Assembly: GCA_036158955.1 (NCBI GenBank)
Contig: JAYYFI010000018.1
Location: 35,868 to 99,867, forward strand
Direction of reading: 5' to 3'
DNA length: 64,000 bases
From: Pseudomonadota bacterium
GTDB taxonomy: Bacteria > Pseudomonadota > Gammaproteobacteria > Ga0077536
A program made the translations under genes and the position numbers. Shown piece after piece: positions 57,229 to 64,000 of this stretch. Under the pieces are notes generated by a model. That model worked only from the letters and a program-made list of their open reading frames with translations, had not been told where the DNA came from and did no database searches. Numbering within the stretch: position 1 is the stretch's first letter; every line of letters starts with the position of its first letter.

Positions 57229-58842
57229 ATGAAAACATTTTCCCTGTTATACACAAAGTTGGACCAAACAAACTCGACGTTAGATAAGGTCGAAATTCTT
57301 TCTAATTTTTTTAAGAACGCTGACCATGAGGATGCTGCTTGGACAATATATATTATGATGGGCAAGCAGAAGAAACGTCTTGTTAAAAGATCAACTCTTG
57401 TGAAAGTTCTAGAGGATATTTCTGGGTATGAGAATTGGCTAATATCAGATGCTTATGCGACTGTAGGCGATTTTGCTGAAACGGTAGCGCTATTGTTGGG
57501 TCCAGATCGAATTGCGTTGAGTTCAGAATATAGTAATTCTATTGCTTACTGGATGAAAAACGAAATAGCCCCTTTGAATAAACAGCCAGAGCAAGAGCAT
57601 ATAAGAAAGGTTGGTTATTGGTGGAAAACTTTATCTCAGAATGATTGTTTTGTGGTCACAAAATTATTAACAGGCGGTCTTCGAGTTGGAGTTTCAAATA
57701 ATATTTTGGCAAGAGCGTTATCAGAATCTTTCGGGATTGCCAAAGACGTTATTATTCATAGACTGATGGGAGATTGGGAGCCTAGTAGTAATTTCTTTGG
57801 TGCGCTTATTAATCCAAGCAGTCAGTCGGATTATGTCTCTTTACCTTACCCATTTTTTTTAGCCTCGCCGTTGCAAATCGATCCAAATCAACTTGGAGTC
57901 CTGGAGAATTTTTCATTTGAATGGAAATGGGATGGAATACGTGCCCAGATAGTAAAACGAAACGAGTCACCCATAATTTGGTCAAGGGGGGAGGAGGTTA
58001 TTACGGATCAATATCCTGAGGTCATCGCGGATGTATTAAAACTCAAAAACTGTGTGATTGATGGTGAGATCGTAGCTTGGGGAAAAGACATTCTCCCTTT
58101 TTCAGAGTTGCAACGAAGATTAGGTAGGAAGAAAGTAACACAAAAAATCCTAGATGAAATTCCTATTAAATTTTTAGCCTTTGATTGTTTAGAGTTCGAA
58201 GGAATTGATATTCGTCGTGAGTCATATGAAGTTAGGAGAAAAAAATTACAAGACTTGCTTGGTTTAACCCGTTTAGATCGGTTAGAGATAGCGTCGAAAA
58301 TAGAAGCCTTAGACTGGAATGATGTAATCGAAGCGCGTGCTAAATCTAGATCAAGAAAAGTTGAAGGTGTGATGATTAAAAGTAAGTCTTCCCCATATTT
58401 AACAGGCAGAAAAAAAGGGTATTGGTGGAAGTGGAAGGTAGACCCCCTAACAGTTGATGCGGTTATGATTTATGCTCAAGCCGGTAGTGGCCGAAGGGCC
58501 TCGTTATTTACCGACTATACATTCGCCGTTTGGGATGATGAAAAGCAAAAACAAACACTACTGCCGATCGCTAAAGCTTATTCTGGCCTTACTCATACTG
58601 AGATAGAAGAATTAGATAAATGGATACGAAAAAATACTATAGAGAAATTTGGTCCTGTTCGTTCTGTCAAACCTTATCAAGTGTTTGAACTTTCGTTTGA
58701 TTCTGTTTCTCTTTCGTCAAGACATAAAAGTGGCTTTGCCCTTCGATTTCCAAGAATTTCCCGTTGGAGAAAAGATAAGGGGTTGAGGGATGTTAATCCT
58801 ATTCAAGTGATAAAAGACATTTTTGTTACTAACCAATCATGA
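57229..58842 (+). CDS. ATP-dependent DNA ligase (ligase-associated DNA damage response type)
   Basis: Adenylation motif I KWDGIR (EWKWDGIRAQIV) and an OB-fold C-terminal region. 537 aa. Confidence 0.9.
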   Translation: MKTFSLLYTKLDQTNSTLDKVEILSNFFKNADHEDAAWTIYIMMGKQKKRLVKRSTLVKVLEDISGYENWLISDAYATVGDFAETVALLLGPDRIALSSEYSNSIAYWMKNEIAPLNKQPEQEHIRKVGYWWKTLSQNDCFVVTKLLTGGLRVGVSNNILARALSESFGIAKDVIIHRLMGDWEPSSNFFGALINPSSQSDYVSLPYPFFLASPLQIDPNQLGVLENFSFEWKWDGIRAQIVKRNESPIIWSRGEEVITDQYPEVIADVLKLKNCVIDGEIVAWGKDILPFSELQRRLGRKKVTQKILDEIPIKFLAFDCLEFEGIDIRRESYEVRRKKLQDLLGLTRLDRLEIASKIEALDWNDVIEARAKSRSRKVEGVMIKSKSSPYLTGRKKGYWWKWKVDPLTVDAVMIYAQAGSGRRASLFTDYTFAVWDDEKQKQTLLPIAKAYSGLTHTEIEELDKWIRKNTIEKFGPVRSVKPYQVFELSFDSVSLSSRHKSGFALRFPRISRWRKDKGLRDVNPIQVIKDIFVTNQS

Positions 58843-61289
58843 GTATTACATTACCTACCAGTGTCAAAAATTTCTTTTTGCAGAAATCATGGAAGCCATC
58901 ATCATTTCAACAGAAAGCGTGGGATGCCTATCTAAAAGGATATTCTGGTCTGATCCATGCACCGACTGGGACTGGAAAAACGTTAGCTGCTTGTTTGGGC
59001 CCATTTATAGAAAATCTCAATAATTTTTCAACAGTAAAAACTGGACCCAGATTAATCTGGATAACGCCTATGCGAGCTTTAGCCAGCGATACAGAAAAAT
59101 CGTTGCGCGAAATATGCGAAGGAATCGGGTTACCGTGGGAAATAAAAAGACGAACTGCAGACACTAGTAGTAGAGATCGATTAAACATTAGAAAAAAGCC
59201 TCCTCAGTTACTTATTACCACACCCGAATCTTTATCATTGATGCTTAGTTATGAAGATTTTGAAAAACGACTTAAAACCACACAGTGCGTTATAGTCGAT
59301 GAATGGCATGAGTTGTTAGGCTCAAAAAGGGGAGTGCAACTTGAGTTGTGTCTGGCTCGAATTAGGGGTGTAAATAAAAATTTAAAAACCTGGGGTTTGT
59401 CCGCAACTCTTGGAAACGTAACAGAAGCTTTGGACGTTCTTTTAGGTATGAAGCAAATAAAGCAAAAAAAAATAATCAGCTGTGATCAATACAAAAAGAT
59501 AGACATTGTTTCCTTGATACCAAAAAAAATAGAGCGTTTTCCATGGGCTGGACATCTTGGTTTGCGTTTACTCCCCGATATACTCGAAAAATTAGGATCA
59601 GCAAAAAGCACCTTAATCTTTACAAATACAAGAGCACAAGCGGAACTTTGGTTCGAGGCATTGCTGAAGTCACAACCGGAATTAGTTGGTCGAATTGCCT
59701 TGCATCACGGTTCTTTAGACAAAAGTATTAGGCGCCGTGTCGAGGAAGGTTTAAAGTCAGGCGAATTTAGATGTGTAGTTTGTACTTCATCTCTAGACCT
59801 CGGGGTTGATTTCAGTCCCGTAGAGCAAGTAATACAAATTGGTTCTCCAAAAGGGATCGCCAGGCTTTTACAAAGAGCGGGTCGATCGGGCCATCGGCCA
59901 GGAGTCGCGAGTAAAATTATTTGCGCTCCAACCAATGCCCTAGAATTAGTTGAGATTGCAGCAGCACGTTTAGCCTTTGAAAAAAATTTAATTGAAAAAC
60001 GAGTTCCGTTGCGTCTATGCCTTGATGTTTTAGCGCAACACTGTGTCACGTTAGCTACCGGTTCCGGTTTTGAAGAGAAGCAGCTTTTTAATGAAATCCA
60101 AAAAACCCATGCTTTTTCAAATCTGACTGAAAAGCAATGGAGATGGATGCTCAATTTTATTACTAGTGGTGGACCAGCTTTAAATAACTACCCCGATTTT
60201 GAAAAAGTAGTTAAGAGTAATAAATTGTATAAAATTAAAAGTGTGAAATGTGCAAGGTTACACCGGATGTCGATAGGCACAATTGTTAGCGATTCGCTCA
60301 TGGAATTGAAATGGATTCGAGGACAAAAGATAGGCTCTATCGAGGAGACTTTTATAGGCAAACTCAAAAAAAATGATTGTTTTTTATTTAACGGAAAGTA
60401 TTTGCAATTGGTACGTGTCAGGGAGATGACGGCTTATGTAAAAAAAGCAGGAAATAAAGGAAGATTTGTTCCTAGATGGTTAGGAGGAAGGGCGCCGTTG
60501 TCCACCGAGTTATCTTCATTTACACAAGCGTTATTAAGTGAGCCAATTGACTATACTATTGAGGAAATAGAGGCAATTACTGATATTTTAAAGACTCAAA
60601 AGAAAATTTCAGTCTTACCTAGTTCGGACGAATTATTGATTGAAAGTTGTTCATCAAAGGAAGGTAGGCATTCATTTGTTTTTAGTTTTGCTGGTAGGCA
60701 TATAAATGAGGGTCTTGCTATTTTAAGCGCATGGCGTTTGTCTCGAACGCAAAAAGATACATTCAAAGTATGGGCGAATGATTATGGATTTGAGATTCTA
60801 TCCCTCGGGCAAAAAGCGATTGATATCCGAGAGTTGGTGCAAGCCCTTAGTATTGATTCGTTATTAAAAGATTTAATTGCAAGTATTAATAGTGCGGAGA
60901 CAAGCAAAAGACATTTTAGAGAAATTGCTCAAATATCAGGGCTAATATTCACAGGTTACCCTGGGCGCGGAAAATTGACTCGACATCTTCAAGCCTCGAG
61001 TGGAATAATCTATGACGTATTGCAGAAGTATGATGGAGATAACCTTTTAATTGAGCAGGCGCTGGAAGAGGTTCTGGTAAGTGAATTTGAGTACAAGCGT
61101 TTAAAAAAATGCTTAACTGATATTGCAAGTAAAAAAGTGAAAATCATTGAAACATCAAATTTCTCACCGTTTGCGGTTCCGATATGGTCAGAAAGGATAC
61201 GGTCTCAGACCGTTAGTTCCGAAAGTTGGGAGGCTCGTATTAAGCGTATGATTAATAGAATGGAAAAAAAGCTTACCTATAATGAATAA
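58839..61289 (+). CDS. Lhr-like DEXH-box ATP-dependent helicase (ligase-associated)
   Basis: Walker A APTGTGKT, DEXH (VIVDEWHEL) and helicase C motifs (QRAGRSGHR). Its start overlaps the ligase stop by 4 nt. Confidence 0.85.
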   Translation: MSITLPTSVKNFFLQKSWKPSSFQQKAWDAYLKGYSGLIHAPTGTGKTLAACLGPFIENLNNFSTVKTGPRLIWITPMRALASDTEKSLREICEGIGLPWEIKRRTADTSSRDRLNIRKKPPQLLITTPESLSLMLSYEDFEKRLKTTQCVIVDEWHELLGSKRGVQLELCLARIRGVNKNLKTWGLSATLGNVTEALDVLLGMKQIKQKKIISCDQYKKIDIVSLIPKKIERFPWAGHLGLRLLPDILEKLGSAKSTLIFTNTRAQAELWFEALLKSQPELVGRIALHHGSLDKSIRRRVEEGLKSGEFRCVVCTSSLDLGVDFSPVEQVIQIGSPKGIARLLQRAGRSGHRPGVASKIICAPTNALELVEIAAARLAFEKNLIEKRVPLRLCLDVLAQHCVTLATGSGFEEKQLFNEIQKTHAFSNLTEKQWRWMLNFITSGGPALNNYPDFEKVVKSNKLYKIKSVKCARLHRMSIGTIVSDSLMELKWIRGQKIGSIEETFIGKLKKNDCFLFNGKYLQLVRVREMTAYVKKAGNKGRFVPRWLGGRAPLSTELSSFTQALLSEPIDYTIEEIEAITDILKTQKKISVLPSSDELLIESCSSKEGRHSFVFSFAGRHINEGLAILSAWRLSRTQKDTFKVWANDYGFEILSLGQKAIDIRELVQALSIDSLLKDLIASINSAETSKRHFREIAQISGLIFTGYPGRGKLTRHLQASSGIIYDVLQKYDGDNLLIEQALEEVLVSEFEYKRLKKCLTDIASKKVKIIETSNFSPFAVPIWSERIRSQTVSSESWEARIKRMINRMEKKLTYNE

Positions 61290-61932
61290 CCTTCAAATAA
61301 AAATTTTTGGCGAAGATTTAATTTTAGATCCTAGGCGAGCTATGGTTTGGCCATCTGAAGAATCAATATTTATCTCTGATACTCATTTTGGTAAAAGTTC
61401 TATATTTAGAAAGTATGGCTTGCAAATACCCGAGGGCAGCGATGAAGAGATGTTGATATCTATCTCTAATTTGATAAAAGATTACCAGTTAAAAAGGTTG
61501 TTTATTCTAGGTGATTTTGTACACGGAGCCCTGCCTGAAGGAGATAAGTTTTTTGAACTTTTTAATACATGGAGGAGAGCTCATAACCATATTTCGGTGG
61601 TACTAATTCGGGGTAATCATGATGTGGATTTGCAAGATCTTTGCTTGAATAGATTAGAGATTTATGATCGATATATGGTTAAGTCTGCTGAGTTGGTCCA
61701 CGATCCTGCAAGCGCCACCAAAAACGTTTATGTATCAGGCCATATTCATCCTCACTTGAAATTCCGGTCCTCGCAAGAATCTGTAAGAATGCCGATTTTT
61801 TGGTGTTCTAGCAAAATGCTTATTCTGCCAGCATTTGGTTTGTTCACCGGCGGTAAAAATATAGAATTATCGTATGATGAGGTTGCGTACGCAATTTTTC
61901 CAGATGGTTCTGATATAATCAAGATTTCATAA
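61282..61932 (+). CDS. pdeM: ligase-associated DNA damage response endonuclease PdeM (calcineurin-like metallophosphoesterase)
   Basis: Metallophosphoesterase motifs (ISDTHFG…GDFVHG…GNHD). It overlaps the helicase stop by 8 nt. Confidence 0.8.
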   Translation: MNNLQIKIFGEDLILDPRRAMVWPSEESIFISDTHFGKSSIFRKYGLQIPEGSDEEMLISISNLIKDYQLKRLFILGDFVHGALPEGDKFFELFNTWRRAHNHISVVLIRGNHDVDLQDLCLNRLEIYDRYMVKSAELVHDPASATKNVYVSGHIHPHLKFRSSQESVRMPIFWCSSKMLILPAFGLFTGGKNIELSYDEVAYAIFPDGSDIIKIS

Positions 61933-61985
61933 GTTTAGCAAAATATTCTAAATTAGATTAACATTTTCTAAAGTCACTAGCGATA

Positions 61986-64000
61986 GCGAGCTAGATGAAA
62001 ACTGAGTCAAAATCAGCGGACAAATTGATGAATTTACGAAAGCAATGGGAAGATAAGTTAAAAACTCTGCGAGAGCAAGGGATGTCTATCACTGATATAA
62101 ATCCGGTCTCAGCACTGGCTGAAATGATCGATGATGATATTTATGAAGAAAGAGTCTCAAGAAAAGATATCGAAATTGTTTTAAATGATATTTCTGAGGA
62201 ACTTTGGCGGAATAAGGCATTTAGTTTGCGATATCAGGCTGGTCTTGAAAGCGTTAAAGATAATCAATTTTCTATCGCAGGACTTGATATTACTCAGCCC
62301 CTTTATCGAGCGGTTTTTACTGCGCACCCAACTTTCGCCTTAAAAAAAGATGTGTCCCAAGCTGTGGTTTATGATGCGGTAACTGAAGAAATATCAAAGC
62401 CGTTAGATGCTTTTTCCTCAAGAGAGTCAATTAGTCTTCAAGAGGAACATCTTGAAGCGATGGCAGCTCTGCGAAACGGCAGAACTGCGGTTAATTTAAT
62501 TAATGAATCAATAATTAATCAAAACACTAAGAGTAATCCGGAGTCTTGGCAAGATGAAATACCTAATGTTATAGGCGTGGCGACGTGGGTTGGTTATGAT
62601 CTTGATGGACGTACTGATATAAGCTGGATTGACAGTTTTAGCTTTCGTCTTTATGAAAAAATTGAGTCACTAAAAAATTATAAAGATGCTATGGAAAAAA
62701 TATCACATCCAGAAGTCAGTAAAATAAAATTAAAAATTGAGAAAGAATTAATCCGAAACGAAAAAATTTTTAGTAAATTTAAGGACCTGAAGAAGAAAAA
62801 AAATGATTTCAATGAAGTGATGAATCTCATTACCGATGGTGGCGAAAGATTATTATCAAGTAAAAAGTTAGCTGACCAGCTTCATTACATCGCAAAACAA
62901 AACGTTTCGTTGAAAGAAAAAATTGAAATTATGGTTTTAGTTGCAGATTTATATACGCATGGTTTTGGAATGGGTGAGATTCATTTGCGAATAAACGCGG
63001 CGCAGATTAGGAATGCGATGAGACCGGTGGATGGAAGAACTCTATCGATTAGTGACGGAGAAAATTCTGCAAGACTTCTTGTTGAACGGTTAGCTTTAAG
63101 AATAAAAAACGAGAGCAGCTGGTCAACTAATTTCAAAAATCTGGATCAAGAAACCGCCTTAGCCAGACGACAGATGATGCTAGCTCGGCAAATAATTAAA
63201 CATATTGATAGTGATCAAAAAGTTAAACTTCTGATAGCGGAATGTGAAAGACCACTGACTATTATGTCCGCTCTTTACTTGGCCCATAAATTTGGAATCG
63301 CCGACTCACTTGATATTTCCCCGCTTTTTGAAACAAGTTATGGTTTAGAGCACGGTGAGAAACTGATCGACCAGCTCTTGCAACAGGAAGTGTTTGTTAA
63401 TTATTTAAGGAAACGAAAAATACTCACCATACAAACTGGGTTTTCAGATGCTGGCAGGTTTATCGGTCAGATTGCGGCAAATATGGCAATCGAGAGATTA
63501 CAAACTAAAATTATTAATTGTTTAAAAAATCGAATGGGCAAAGCGGTTGACCTCTTAGTATTTAACACACATGGTGAATCCTTTGGAAGAGGTGGCATTC
63601 AATCAAATATGAATGATAGACAGTCTTACATTATGACTCCATTCGTTAGAAATCATGCAAAGGAAAATGGAATAAGGTTGTATCATCAGTCTAGTTTTCA
63701 AGGAGGGGATGGATATCGGTTATTTGGTTCTTTTGAAGTTGCAGTCTCAACACTAAAAAACATCTTTATAGCTGAAATAAATTTGGCCAGTCAGGTAGAT
63801 AAAACTGACGCTTTTTATCAACAAACAGATTTTTCTCTTGATTTGTTTTCCGGATTAAAAGACTGGCATGAAAAACTCTTGAATGACCCAAGTTATTCAG
63901 ATTTAGTAGATATATTTGATAATAATTTGTTGCCCGTGACTGGTTCACGCCCAACTCGAAGGGTGGTTGGTGCGGGTAATGAAAGACGGGGACCATCGAA
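61986..64000 (+). CDS. phosphoenolpyruvate-carboxylase-like protein, 5' portion (the ORF runs past the window end); divergent catalytic motifs
   Basis: The open frame from the ATG at 61986 has no stop before 64000. It contains PEPC-like motifs FTAHPTF (compare VLTAHPTE), TGFSDAGRFIG (compare GYSDSxKDxG) and HGESFGRGG (compare FHGRGGxxGRGG). It is absent from the ORF track because it is unterminated. Confidence 0.45.

Noticed and set aside
1-64000. Search for CRISPR arrays, insertion sequences, integrases, phage genes, toxin-antitoxin pairs and restriction-modification systems
   Set aside because: I saw no direct-repeat/spacer periodicity, no transposase, integrase or phage-like ORFs, and no obvious restriction-modification or toxin-antitoxin pairs. 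The only defence-like domain is the Sir2 gene, which is discussed as a finding.

Overview
This is a gene-dense, low-GC (~36-38%) window with very short intergenic spacers, most likely from a streamlined marine gammaproteobacterium, although no taxonomic marker gene is present. Convergent gene ends are often only 3-6 nt apart. I found no rRNA, tRNA, CRISPR array, transposase or integrase. The content is dominated by oxidative catabolism: three paralogous Baeyer-Villiger monooxygenases, two luciferase-like (LLM) flavin oxidoreductases, two family-III CoA-transferases, an acyl-CoA synthetase, several esterases and alpha/beta hydrolases, five SDRs, an aldehyde dehydrogenase, an iron-containing alcohol dehydrogenase, a GST and two MFS transporters. 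Other recognisable modules are: (1) an ECF sigma factor/ChrR anti-sigma pair, divergent from a conserved FAD-oxidoreductase / DUF1365 / cyclopropane-fatty-acid-synthase-like operon (the singlet-oxygen response regulon); (2) a four-gene ligase-associated DNA damage response cassette (MBL exonuclease, ATP-dependent ligase, Lhr-like helicase, PdeM); (3) a molybdenum hydroxylase locus with a fused 2Fe-2S plus MoCo subunit, a separate FAD subunit and a cyclase-family gene; (4) an AOR-family (W/Mo) aldehyde:ferredoxin oxidoreductase next to a YdhR-like protein; and (5) glnD. The most unusual feature is a GrdB/PrdB-like reductase gene (5580..6449, minus strand) read through an in-frame UGA, with a UxxC motif and a SECIS-like hairpin 11 nt downstream, which makes it a candidate selenoprotein. 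Also notable are a zinc-ribbon-less Sir2-family gene translationally coupled to a nitroreductase-family gene, a 634-bp AT-rich intergenic region carrying DnaA-box-like motifs and a perfect 14-bp inverted repeat, and a divergent PEP-carboxylase-like gene that runs off the window end.
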